Positions 30,001 to 45,000 of a stretch of DNA of 64,000 nucleotides are shown here, piece by piece. A program made the position numbers and the translations under genes. The stretch spans positions 103,354,001-103,418,000 of the forward strand of contig OZ024744.1 of NCBI GenBank assembly GCA_964016885.1, given 5' to 3'. This DNA is from Eledone cirrhosa. Its lineage: Eukaryota. The notes beneath the pieces were generated by a model. That model saw nothing but the letters and a program-made list of their open reading frames with translations, did not search any database and was not told the DNA's origin. Within the stretch, counting starts at the first letter, position 1. Each line of letters opens with the position of its first letter.

Positions 30001-33000
30001 AAGAATATAGTAGGTGTGTATATCACCAACACTAGATAGGTTATCATGTTTATGACACAGAAGAATGTAGTAGGTGTGTAAATCACCAACACTAGGTAGG
30101 TTATCATGTTTATGACACAGAAGAATGTAGTAGGTGTGTATATCACCAACACTAGGTAGGGTATCATGTTTATGACATAGAAGAATGTAGTAGGTGTGTA
30201 CATCACCAACACTAGGTAGGCTATCATGTTTATGACACAGAAGATTGTAGTAGGTGTGTATATCACCAACACTAGGTAGGTTATCATGTTTATGACACAG
30301 AAGATTGTAGTAGGTGTGTATATCACCAACACTAGGTAGGTTATCATCTTTATGACACAGAAGAATGTAGTAGGTGTGTATATCACCAACACTAGGTAGG
30401 TTATCATGTTTATGACACAGAAGAATGTAGTAGGTGTGTAAATCACTAACACTAGGTAGGTTATCATGTTTATGACTTAGAAGAATGTAGTAGGTGTGTA
30501 TATCACCAACACTAGGTAGGTTATCATGTTTATGACACAGAAGAATGTAGTAGGTGTGTAAATCACTAACACTAGGTAGGTTATCATGTTTATGACACAG
30601 AAGAATGTAGTAGGTGTGTGTATCACCAACACTAGGTAGGTTATCATGTTTATGACATATAAGAATGTAGTAGGTGTGTAAATCACTAACACTAGGTAGG
30701 TTATCATGTTTATGACACAGAAGAATATAGTAGGTGTGTATATCACCAACACTAGGTAGGTTATCATGTTTATGACACAGAAGAATGTAGTAGGTGTGTA
30801 TATCACCAACACTAGGTAGGTTATCATGTTTATGACACAGAAGAATGTAGTAGGTGTGTATATCACCAACACTAGGTAGGTTATCATGTTTATGACACAG
30901 AAGAATGTAGTAGGTGTGTATATCACTAACACTAGGTAGGTTATCATGTTTATGACACAGAAGAATGTAGTAGGTGTGTATATCACCAACACTAGGTAGG
31001 TTATCATGTTTATGACACAGAAGAATGTAGTAGGTGTGTAAATCACTAACACTAGGTAGGTTATCATGTTTATGACACAGAAGAATATAGTAGGTGTGTA
31101 TATCACCAACACTAGGTAGGTTATCATGTTTATGACACAGAAGAATGTAGTAGGTGTGTATATCACCAACACTAGGTAGGTTATCATGTTTATGACACAG
31201 AAGAATGTAGTAGGTGTGTATATCACCAACACGAGGTAGGTTATCATGTTTATGACACAGAAGAATGTAGTAGGTGTGTATATCACTAACACTAGGTAGG
31301 TTATCATGTTTATGACACAGAAGAATGTAGTAGGTGCGTATATCACCAACACTAGGTAGGTTATCATGTTTATGACACAGAAGAATGTAGTAGGTGTGTA
31401 TATCACCAACACTAGGTAGGTTATCATGTTTATGACATAGAAGAATGTAGTAGGTGTGTATATCACCAACACTAGGTAGGTTATCATGTTTATGACACAG
31501 AAGAATATAGTAGGTGTGTATATCACCAACACTAGGTAGGTTATCATGTTTATGACACAGAAGAATGTAGTAGGTGTGTATATCACCAACACTAGGTAGG
31601 TTATCATGTTTATGACACAGAAGAATGTAGTAGGTGTGTATATCACCAACACTAGGTAGGTTATCATGTTTATGACACAGAAGAATGTAGTAGGTGTGTA
31701 TATCACCAACACTAGGTAGGTTATCATGTTTATGACATAGAAGAATATAGTAGGTGTGTAAATTACCAACACTGTGTAGGTTATCATGTTTATGACATAG
31801 AAGAATGTAGTAGGTGTGTGTATCACCAACACTAGGTAGGTTATCATGTTTATGATACAGAAGAATGTAGTAGGTGTGTATATCACCAACACTAGGTAGG
31901 TTATCATGTTTATGACACAGAAGAATGTAGTAGGTGTGTATATCACCAACACTAGGTAGGTTATCATGTTTATGACATAGAAGAATATAGTAGGTGTGTA
32001 AATCACCAACACTGGGTAGGTTATCATGTTTATGACATAGAAGAATGTAGTAGGTGTGTATATCACCAACACTAGGTATGTTATCATGTTTATGACACAG
32101 AAGAATATAGTAGGTGTGTATATCACCAACACTAGGTAGTTTATCATGTTTATGACACAGTAGAATGTAGTAGGTGTGTATATCACCAACACTAGGTAGT
32201 TTATCATGTTTATGACACAGAAGAATGTAGTAGGTGTGTATATCACCAACACTAGGTAGGTTATCATGTTTATGACATAGAAGAATATAGTAGGTGTGTA
32301 TATCACCAACACTAGATAGGTTATCATGTTTATGACACAGAAGAATGTAGTAGGTGTGTAAATCACCAACACTAGGTAGGTTATCATGTTTATGACACAG
32401 AAGAATGTAGTAGGTGTGTATATCACCAACACTAGGTAGGGTATCATGTTTATGACATAGAAGAATGTAGTAGGTGTGTACATCACCAACACTAGGTAGG
32501 CTATCATGTTTATGACACAGAAGATTGTAGTAGGTGTGTATATCACCAACACTAGGTAGGTTATCATGTTTATGACACAGAAGATTGTAGTAGGTGTGTA
32601 TATCACCAACACTAGGTAGGTTATCATGTTTATGACACAGAAGAATGTAGTAGGTGTGTATATCACCAACACTAGGTAGGTTATCATGTTTATGACACAG
32701 AAGAATGTAGTAGGTGTGTAAATCACTAACACTAGGTAGGTTATCATGTTTATGACTTAGAAGAATGTAGTAGGTGTGTATATCACCAACACTAGGTAGG
32801 TTATCATGTTTATGACACAGAAGAATGTAGTAGGTGTGTATATCACCAACACTAGGTAGGTTATCATGTTTATGACACAGAAGAATGTAGTAGGTGTGTA
32901 TATCACCAACACTAGGTAGGTTATCATGTTTATGACACAGAAGAATGTAGTAGGTGTGTATATCACTAACACTAGGTAGGTTATCATGTTTATGACACAG

Positions 33001-36000
33001 AAGAATGTAGTAGGTGTGTATATCACCAACACTAGGTAGGTTATCATGTTTATGACACAGAAGAATGTAGTAGGTGTGTATATCACCAACACTAGGTAGG
33101 TTATCATGTTTATGACATAGAAGAATGTAGTAGGTGTGTATATCACCAACACTAGGTAGGTTATCATGTTTATGACACAGAAGAATATAGTAGGTGTGTA
33201 TGTCACCAACACTAGGTAGGTTATCATGTTTATGACACAGAAGAATGTAGTAGGTGTGTATATCACCAACACTAGGTAGGTTATCATGTTTATGACACAG
33301 AAGAATGTAGTAGGTGTGTATATCACCAACACTAGGTAGGTTATCATGTTTATGACACAGAAGAATGTAGTAGGTGTGTATATCACCAACACTAGGTAGG
33401 TTATCATGTTTATGACATAGAAGAATATAGTAGGTGTGTAAATTACCAACACTGTGTAGGTTATCATGTTTATGACATAGAAGAATGTAGTAGGTGTGTA
33501 TATCACCAACACTAGGTAGGTTATCATGTTTATGACACAGAAGAATGTAGTAGGTGTGTATATCACCAACACTAGGTAGGTTATCATGTTCATGACATAG
33601 AAGAATGTAATAGGTGTGTAAATCACCAACACTAGGTAGGTTATCATGTTTATGACACAGAAGAATGTAGTAGGTGTGTGTATCACCAACACTAGGTAGG
33701 TTATCATGTTTATGATACAGAAGAATGTAGTAGGTGTGTATATCACTAACACTAGGTAGGTTATCATGTTTATGACATACAAGAATGTAGTAGGTGTGTA
33801 TATCACCAACACTAGGTAGGTTATCATGTTTATGACATAGAAGAATATAGTAGGTGTGTATATCACCAACACTAGGTAGGTTATCATGTTTATGACATAG
33901 AAGAATGTAGTAGGTGTGTAAATCACTAACACTAGGTAGGTTATCATGTTTATGACATAGAAGAATGTAGTAGGTGTGTATATCACCAACACTAGGTAGG
34001 TTATCATCTTTATGACATAGAAGAATGTAGTAGGTGTGTATATCACCAACACTAGGTAGGTTATCATGTTTATGACACAGAAGAATGTAGTAGGTGTGTA
34101 TATCACCAACACTAGGTAGGTTATCATGTTTATGACATAGAAGAATATAGTAGGTGTGTAAATCACCAACACTGGGTAGGTTATCATGTTTATGACATAG
34201 AAGAATGTAGTAGGTGTGTATATCACCAACACTAGGTATGTTATCATGTTTATGACACAGAAGAATATAGTAGGTGTGTATATCACCAACACTAGGTAGT
34301 TTATCATGTTTATGACACAGTAGAATGTAGTAGGTGTGTATATCACCAACACTAGGTAGTTTATCATGTTTATGACACAGAAGAATGTAGTAGGTGTGTA
34401 TATCACCAACACTAGGTAGGTTATCATGTTTATGACATAGAAGAATATAGTAGGTGTGTATATCACCAACACTAGATAGGTTATCATGTTTATGACACAG
34501 AAGAATGTAGTAGGTGTGTAAATCACCAACACTAGGTAGGTTATCATGTTTATGACACAGAAGAATGTAGTAGGTGTGTATATCACCAACACTAGGTAGG
34601 GTATCATGTTTATGACATAGAAGAATGTAGTAGGTGTGTACATCACCAACACTAGGTAGGCTATCATGTTTATGACACAGAAGATTGTAGTAGGTGTGTA
34701 TATCACCAACACTAGGTAGGTTATCATGTTTATGACACAGAAGATTGTAGTAGGTGTGTATATCACCAACACTAGGTAGGTTATCATGTTTATGACACAG
34801 AAGAATGTAGTAGGTGTGTATATCACCAACACTAGGTAGGTTATCATGTTTATGACACAGAAGAATGTAGTAGGTGTGTAAATCACTAACACTAGGTAGG
34901 TTATCATGTTTATGACTTAGAAGAATGTAGTAGGTGTGTATATCACCAACACTAGGTAGGTTATCATGTTTATGACACAGAAGAATGTAGTAGGTGTGTA
35001 AATCACTAACACTAGGTAGGTTATCATGTTTATGACACAGACGAATGTAGTAGGTGTGTGTATCACCAACACTAGGTAGGTTATCATGTTTATGACATAG
35101 AAGAATGTAGTAGGTGTGTAAATCACTAACACTAGGTAGGTTATCATGTTTATGACACAGAAGAATATAGTAGGTGTGTATATCACCAACACTAGGTAGG
35201 TTATCATGTTTATGACACAGAAGAATGTAGTAGGTGTGTATATCACCAACACTAGGTAGGTTATCATGTTTATGACACAGAAGAATGTAGTAGGTGTGTA
35301 TATCACCAACACTAGGTAGGTTATCATGTTTATGACACAGAAGAATGTAGTAGGTGTGTATATCACTAACACTAGGTAGGTTATCATGTTTATGACACAG
35401 AAGAATGTAGTAGGTGTGTATATCACCAACACTAGGTAGGTTATCATGTTTATGACACAGAAGAATGTAGTAGGTGTGTATATCACCAACACTAGGTAGG
35501 TTATCATGTTTATGACATAGAAGAATGTAGTAGGTGTGTATATCACCAACACTAGGTAGGTTATCATGTTTATGACACAGAAGAATATAGTAGGTGTGTA
35601 TGTCACCAACACTAGGTAGGTTATCATGTTTATGACACAGAAGAATGTAGTAGGTGTGTATATCACCAACACTAGGTAGGTTATCATGTTTATGACACAG
35701 AAGAATGTAGTAGGTGTGTATATCACCAACACTAGGTAGGTTATCATGTTTATGACACAGAAGAATGTAGTAGGTGTGTATATCACCAACACTAGGTAGG
35801 TTATCATGTTTATGACATAGAAGAATATAGTAGGTGTGTAAATTACCAACACTGTGTAGGTTATCATGTTTATGACATAGAAGAATGTAGTAGGTGTGTA
35901 TATCACCAACACTAGGTAGGTTATCATGTTTATGACATAGAAGAATGTAGTAGGTGTGTATATCACCAACACTAGGTAGGTTATCATGTTTATGACATAG

Positions 36001-39000
36001 AAGAATATAGTAGGTGTGTATATCACCAACACTAGGTAGGTTATCATGTTTATGACATAGAAGAATGTAGTAGGTGTGTAAATCACTAACACTAGGTAGG
36101 TTATCATGTTTATGACATAGAAGAATGTAGTAGGTGTGTATATCACCAACACTAGGTAGGTTATCATCTTTATGACATAGAAGAATGTAGTAGGTGTGTA
36201 TACCACCAACACTAGGTAGGTTATCATGTTTATGACATAGAAGAATATAGTAGGTGTGTATATCACCAACACTAGGTAGGTTATCATGTTTATGACACAG
36301 AAGAATGTAGTAGGTGTGTATATCACCAACACTAGGTAGGTTATCATGTTTATGATACAGAAGAATATAGTAGGTGTGTATATCACCAACACTAGGTAGG
36401 TTATCATGTTTATGACATAGAAGAATATAGTAGGTGTGTATATCACCAACACTAGGTAGGTTATCATGTTTATGACACAGAAGAATGTAGTAGGTGTGTA
36501 TATCACCAACACTAGGTAGGTTATCATGTTTATGACACAGAAGAATGTAGTAGGTGTGTATATCACCAACACTAGGTAGGTTATCATGTTTATGACATAG
36601 AAGAATGTAGTAGGTGTGTATATCACCAACACTAGGTAGGTTATCATGTTTATGACACAGAAGAATGTAGTAGGTGTGTATATCACCAACACTAGGTAGG
36701 TTATCATGTTTATGACACAGAAGAATGTAGTAGGTGTGTATATCACCAACACTAGGTAGGTTATCATGTTTATGACATAGAAGAATATAGTAGGTGTGTA
36801 AATCACCAACACTGTGTAGGTTATCATGTTTATGACATAGAAGAATGTAGTAGGTGTGTATATCACCAACACTAGGTAGGTTATCATGTTTATGACATAG
36901 AAGAATGTAGTAGGTGTGTATATCACCAACCCTAGGTAGGTTATCATGTTTATGACATAGAAGAATGTAGTAGGTGTGTAAATCACCAACACTAGGTAGG
37001 TTATCATATTTATGACATAGAAGAATGTAGTAGGTGTGTATATCACCAACACTAGGTAGGTTATCATGTTTATGACATAGAAGAATGTAGTAGGTGTGTA
37101 TATCACCAACACTAGGTAGGTTATCATGTTTATGACATAGAAGAATGTAGTAGGTGTGTATATCACCAGCACTAGGTAGGTTATCATGTTTATGACATAG
37201 AAGAATGTAGTAGGTGTGTATATCACCAGCACTAGGTAGGTTATCATGTTTATGACATAGAAGAATGTAGTAGGTGTGTATACCACCAACACTAGTTAGG
37301 TTATCATGTTTATGACATAGAAGAATATAGTAGGTGTGTATATCACCAACACTAGGTAGGTTATCATGTTTATGACACAGAAGAATGTAGTAGGTGTGTA
37401 TATCACCAACACTAGGTAGGTTATCATGTTTATGACACAGAAGAATGTAGTAGGTGTGTATATCACCAACACTAGGTAGGTTATCATGTTTATGACATAG
37501 AAGAATATAGTAGGTGTGTATATCACCAACACTAGGTAGGTTATCATGTTTATGACATAGAAGAATGTAGTAGGTGTGTATATCACCAACACTAGGTAGG
37601 TTATCATGTTTATGACACAGAAGAATGTAGTAGGTGTGTATATCACCAACACTAGGTAGGTTATCATGTTCATGACATAGAAGAATGTAATAGGTGTGTA
37701 AATCACCAACACTAGGTAGGTTATCATGTTTATGACATAGAAGAATGTAGTAGGTGTGTATATCACCAACACTAGGTAGGTTATCATGTTTATGACATAG
37801 AAGAATGTAGTAGGTGTGTATACCACCAACACTAGGTAGATTATCATGTTTATGACACAGAAGAATGTAGTAGGTGTGTATATCACTAACACTAGGTAGG
37901 TTATGATGTTTATGACACAGAACAATGTAGTAGGTGTGTATATCACCAACACTAGGTAGGTTATCATGTTTATGACATAGAAGAATGTAGTAGGTGTGTA
38001 TATCACCAACACTGGGTAGGTTATCATGTTTATGACACAGAAGAATGTAGTAGGTGTGTATATCACCAACACTAGGTAGGTTATCATGTTTATGACATAG
38101 AAGAATATAGTAGGTGTGTAAATCACCAACACTAGGTAGGTTATCATGTTTATGACACAGAAGAATGTAGTAGGTGTGTATATCACCAACGCTAGGTAGG
38201 TTATCATGTTGATAACATAGAAGAATGTAGTAGGTGTGTATATCACCAACACTAGGTAGGTTATCATGTTTATGACATAGAAGAATGTAGTAGGTGTGTA
38301 TATCACCAACAATAGGTAGGTTATCATGTTTATGACATAGAAGAATGTAGTAGGGGTGTATATCACCAACACTTGGTAGGTTATCATGTTTATGACATAG
38401 AAGAATGTAGTAGGTGTGTATATCACCAACACTAGGTAGGTTATCATGTTTATGACACAGAAGAATATAGTAGGTGTGTATATCACCAACACTAGGTAGG
38501 TTATCATGTTTATGACACAGTATAATGTAGTAGGTGTGTATATCACCAACACTAGGTAGGTTATCATGTTTATGACATAGAAGAATATAGTAGGTGTGTA
38601 TATCACCAACACTAGATAGGTTATCATGTTTATGACACAGAAGAATGTAGTAGGTGTGTATATCACCAACACTAGGTAGGGTATCATGTTTATGACATAG
38701 AAGAATGTAGTAGGTGTGTACATCACCAACACTAGGTAGGCTATCATGTTTATGACACAGAAGATTGTAGTAGGTGTGTATATCACCAACACTAGGTAGG
38801 TTATCATGTTTATGACACAGAAGATTGTAGTAGGTGTGTATATCACCAACACTAGTTAGTTTATCATGTTTATGACACAGAAGAATGTAGTAGGTGTGTA
38901 TATCACTAACACTAGGTAGGTTATCATGTTTATGACACAGAAGAATGTAGTAGGTGTGTATATCACCAACACTAGGTAGGTTATCATGTTTATGACACAG

Positions 39001-42000
39001 AAGAATGTAGTAGGTGTGTATATCACCAACACTAGGTAGGTTATCATGTTTATGACACAGAAGAATGTAGTAGGTGTGTAAATCACTAACACTAGGTAGG
39101 TTATCATGTTTATGACATAGAAGAATGTAGTAGGTGTGTATATCACGAACACTAGGTAGGTTATCATGTTTATGACACAGAAGAATGTAGTAGGTGTGTA
39201 AATCACTAACACTAGGTAGGTTATCATGTTTATGACACAGAAGAATGTAGTAGGTGTGTGTATCACCAACACTAGGTAGGTTATCATGTTTATGACACAG
39301 AAGAATGTAGTAGGTGTGTATATCACCAACACTAGGTAGGTTATCATGTTTATGACATAGAAGAATGTAGTAGGTGTGTATATCACTAACACTAGGTAGG
39401 TTATCATGTTTATGACACAGAAGAATGTAGTAGGTGTGTATATCACCAACACTAGGTAGGTTATCATGTTTATGACACAGAAGAATGTAGTAGGTGTGTA
39501 TATCACCAACACTAGGTAGGTTATCATGTTTATGACATAGAAGAATGTAGTAGGTGTGTATATCACCAACACTAGGTAGGTTATCATGTTTATGACACAG
39601 AAGAATATAGTAGGTGTGTATATCACCAACACTAGGTAGGTTATCATGTTTATGACACAGAAGAATGTAGTAGGTGTGTAAATCACCAACACTAGGTAGG
39701 TTATCATGTTTATGACATAGAAGAATGTAGTAGGTGTGTATATCACCAACACTAGGTAGGTTATCATGTTTATGACATAGAATAATGTAGTAGGTGTGTA
39801 TATTACCAACACTAGGGAGGTTATCATGTTTATGACACAGAAGAATATAGTAGGTGTGTATATCACCAACACTAGGTAGGTTATCATGTTTATGACATAG
39901 AAGAATGTAGTAGGTGTGTAAATCACCAACACTAGGTAGGTTATCATGTTTATGACATAGAAGAATGTAGTAGGTGTGTATATCACCAACACTAGGTAGG
40001 TTATCATGTTTATGACATAGAAGAATGTAGTAGGTGTGTATATCACCAACACTAGGTAGGTTATCATGTTTATGACATAGAAGAATGTAGTAGGTGTGTA
40101 TATCACCAACACTAGGTAGGTTATCATGTTTATGACACAGAAGAATGTAGTAGGTGTGTATATCACCAACACTAGGTAGGTTATCATGTTTATGACATAG
40201 AAGAATGTAATAGGTGTGTAAATCACCAACACTAGGTAGGTTATCATGTTTATGACATAGAAGAATGTAGTAGGTGTGTATACCACCAACACTAGGTAGG
40301 TTATCATGTTTATGACATAGAAGAATGTAGTAGGTGTGTATACCACCAACACTAGGTAGGTTATCATGTTTATGACATAGAAGAATGTAGTAGGTGTGTA
40401 TACCACCAACACTAGGTAGGTTATCATGTTTATGACACAGAAGAATATAGTAGGTGTGTATATCTCCAACACTAGGTAGGTTATCATGTTTATGACATAG
40501 AAGAATGTAGTAGGTGTGTATATCACCAACACTAGGTAGGTTATCATGTTTATGACATAGAAGAATGTAGTAGGTGTGTATATCACCAACACTAGGTAGG
40601 TTATCATGTTTATGACATAGAAGAATATAGTAGGTGTGTATATCACCAACACTAGGTAGGTTATCATGTTTATGACACAGAAGAATATAGTAGGTGTGTA
40701 TATCACTAACACTAGGTAGGTTATCATGTTTATGACATAGAAGAATGTAGTAGGTGTGTATATCACCAACACTAGGTAGGTTATCATGTTTATGACATAG
40801 AAGAATGTAGTAGGTGTGTATATCACCAACACTAGGTAGGTTATCATGTTTATGACACAGAAGAATGTAGTAGGTGTGTATATCACCAACACTAGGTAGG
40901 TTATCATGTTTATGACACAGAAGAATATAGTAGGTGTGTATATCACCAACACTAGGTAGGTTATCATGTTTATGACACAGAAGAATGTAGTAGGTGTGTA
41001 TATCACCAACACTAGGTAGGTTATCATGTTTATGACACAGAAGAATATAGTAGGTATGTATATCACCAACACTAGGTAGGTTATCATGTTTATGACACAG
41101 AAGAATGTAGTAGGTGTGTATATCACCAACACTAGGTAGGTTATCATGTTTATGACATAGAAGAATGTAGTAGGTGTGTATATCACCAACACTAGGTAGA
41201 TTATCATGTTTATGACATAGAAGAATGTAGTAGGTGTGTATATCACCAACACTAGGTAGGTTATCATGTTTATGACATAGAAGAATGTAGTAGGTGTGTA
41301 TATCACCAACACTAGGTAGGCTATCATGTTTATGACATAGAAGAATGTAGTAGGTGTGTATATCACCAACACTAGGTAGGTTATCATGTTTATGACATAG
41401 AAGAATGTAGTAGGTGTGTATATCACCAACACTAGGTAGGTTATCATGTTTATGAAATAGAAGAATGTAGTAGGTGTGTATATCACCAACACTAGATAGG
41501 TTATCATGTTTATGACACAGAAGAATGTAGTAGGTGTGTATATCACCAACACTAGGTAGGTTATCATGTTTATGACACAGTAGAATGTAGTAGGTGTGTA
41601 TATCACCAACACTAGGTAGGTTATCATGTTTATGACATAGAAGAATGTAGTAGGTGTGTATATCACCAACACTAGGTAGGTTATCATGTTTATGACATAG
41701 AAGAATGTAGTAGGTGTGTATATCACCTACACTAGGTAGGTTATCATGTTTATGACATAGAAGAATGTAGTAGGTGTGTATATCACCAACACTAGGTAGG
41801 TTATCATGTTTATGACACAGAAGAATGTAGTAGGTGTGTATATCACCAACACTAGGTAGGTTATCATGTTTATGACATAGAAGAATGTAGTAGGTATGTA
41901 TATCACCAACACTAGTTAGGTTATCATGTTTATGACACAGAAGAATGTAGTAGGTGTGTATATCACCAACACTAGGTAGGTTATCATGTTTATGACATAG

Positions 42001-45000
42001 AAGAATGTAATAGGTGTGTAAATCACCAACACTAGGTAGGTTATCATGTTTATGACATAGAAGAATGTAGTAGGTGTGTATACCACCAACACTAGGTAGG
42101 TTATCATGTTTATGACATAGAAGAATGTAGTAGGTGTGTATACCACCAACACTAGGTAGGTTATCATGTTTATAACATAGAAGAATGTAGTAGGTGTGTA
42201 TACCACCAACACTAGGTAGGTTATCATGTTTATGACACAGAAGAATATAGTAGGTGTGTATATCACCAACACTAGGTAGGTTATCATGTTTATGACATAG
42301 AAGAATGTAGTAGGTGTGTATATCACCAACACTAGGTAGGTTATCATGTTTATGACATAGAAGAATGTAGTAGGTGTGTATATCACCAACACTAGGTAGG
42401 TTATCATGTTTATGACATAGAAGAATATAGTAGGTGTGTATATCACCAACACTAGGTAGGTTATCATGTTTATGACACAGAAGAATATAGTAGGTGTGTA
42501 TATCACTAACACTAGATAGGTTATCATGTTTATGACATAGAAGAATGTAGTAGGTGTGTATATCACCAACACTAGGTAGGTTATCATGTTTATGACATAG
42601 AAGAATGTAGTAGGTGTGTATATCACCAACACTAGGTAGGTTATCATGTTTATGACACAGAAGAATATAGTAGGTGTGTATATCACCAACACTAGGTAGG
42701 TTATCATGTTTATGACATAGAAGAATGTAGTAGGTGTGTATATCACCAACACTAGGTAGGTTATCATGTTTATGACATAGAAGAATGTAGTAGGTGTGTA
42801 TATCACCAACACTAGGTAGGTTATCATGTTTATGACACAGAAGAATGTAGTAGGTGTGTATATCACCAACACTAGGTAGGTTATGATGTTTATGACATAG
42901 AAGAATGTAATAGGTGTGTAAATCACCAACACTAGGTAGGTTATCATGTTTATGACATAGAAGAATGTAGTAGGTGTGTATACCACCAACACTAGGTAGG
43001 TTATCATGTTTATGACATAGAAGAATGTAGTAGGTGTGTATACCACCAACACTAGGTAGGTTATCATGTTTATGACATAGAAGAATGTAGTAGGTGTGTA
43101 TACCACCAACACTAGGTAGGTTATCATGTTTATGACACAGAAGAATATAGTAGGTGTGTATATCTCCAACACTAGGTAGGTTATCATGTTTATGACATAG
43201 AAGAATGTAGTAGGTGTGTATATCACCAACACTAGGTAGGTTATCATGTTTATGACATAGAAGAATGTAGTAGGTGTGTATATCACCAACACTAGGTAGG
43301 TTATCATGTTTATGACATAGAAGAATATAGTAGGTGTGTATATCACCAACACTAGGTAGGTTATCATGTTTATGACACAGAAGAATATAGTAGGTGTGTA
43401 TATCACTAACACTAGGTAGGTTATCATGTTTATGACATAGAAGAATGTAGTAGGTGTGTATATCACCAACACTAGGTAGGTTATCATGTTTATGACATAG
43501 AAGAATGTAGTAGGTGTGTATATCACCAACACTAGGTAGGTTATCATGTTTATGACACAGAAGAATGTAGTAGGTGTGTATATCACCAACACTAGGTAGG
43601 TTATCATGTTTATGACACAGAAGAATATAGTAGGTGTGTATATCACCAACACTAGGTAGGTTATCATGTTTATGACACAGAAGAATGTAGTAGGTGTGTA
43701 TATCACCAACACTAGGTAGGTTATCATGTTTATGACACAGAAGAATATAGTAGGTATGTATATCACCAACACTAGGTAGGTTATCATGTTTATGACACAG
43801 AAGAATGTAGTAGGTGTGTATATCACCAACACTAGGTAGGTTATCATGTTTATGACATAGAAGAATGTAGTAGGTGTGTATATCACCAACACTAGGTAGA
43901 TTATCATGTTTATGACATAGAAGAATGTAGTAGGTGTGTATATCACCAACACTAGGTAGGTTATCATGTTTATGACATAGAAGAATGTAGTAGGTGTGTA
44001 TATCACCAACACTAGGTAGGCTATCATGTTTATGACATAGAAGAATGTAGTAGGTGTGTATATCACCAACACTAGGTAGGTTATCATGTTTATGACATAG
44101 AAGAATGTAGTAGGTGTGTATATCACCAACACTAGGTAGGTTATCATGTTTATGAAATAGAAGAATGTAGTAGGTGTGTATATCACCAACACTAGATAGG
44201 TTATCATGTTTATGACACAGAAGAATGTAGTAGGTGTGTATATCACCAACACTAGGTAGGTTATCATGTTTATGACACAGTAGAATGTAGTAGGTGTGTA
44301 TATCACCAACACTAGGTAGGTTATCATGTTTATGACATAGAAGAATGTAGTAGGTGTGTATATCACCAACACTAGGTAGGTTATCATGTTTATGACATAG
44401 AAGAATGTAGTAGGTGTGTATATCACCTACACTAGGTAGGTTATCATGTTTATGACATAGAAGAATGTAGTAGGTGTGTATATCACCAACACTAGGTAGG
44501 TTATCATGTTTATGACACAGAAGAATGTAGTAGGTGTGTATATCACCAACACTAGGTAGGTTATCATGTTTATGACATAGAAGAATGTAGTAGGTATGTA
44601 TATCACCAACACTAGTTAGGTTATCATGTTTATGACACAGAAGAATGTAGTAGGTGTGTATATCACCAACACTAGGTAGGTTATCATGTTTATGACATAG
44701 AAGAATGTAATAGGTGTGTAAATCACCAACACTAGGTAGGTTATCATGTTTATGACATAGAAGAATGTAGTAGGTGTGTATACCACCAACACTAGGTAGG
44801 TTATCATGTTTATGACATAGAAGAATGTAGTAGGTGTGTATACCACCAACACTAGGTAGGTTATCATGTTTATAACATAGAAGAATGTAGTAGGTGTGTA
44901 TACCACCAACACTAGGTAGGTTATCATGTTTATGACACAGAAGAATATAGTAGGTGTGTATATCACCAACACTAGGTAGGTTATCATGTTTATGACATAG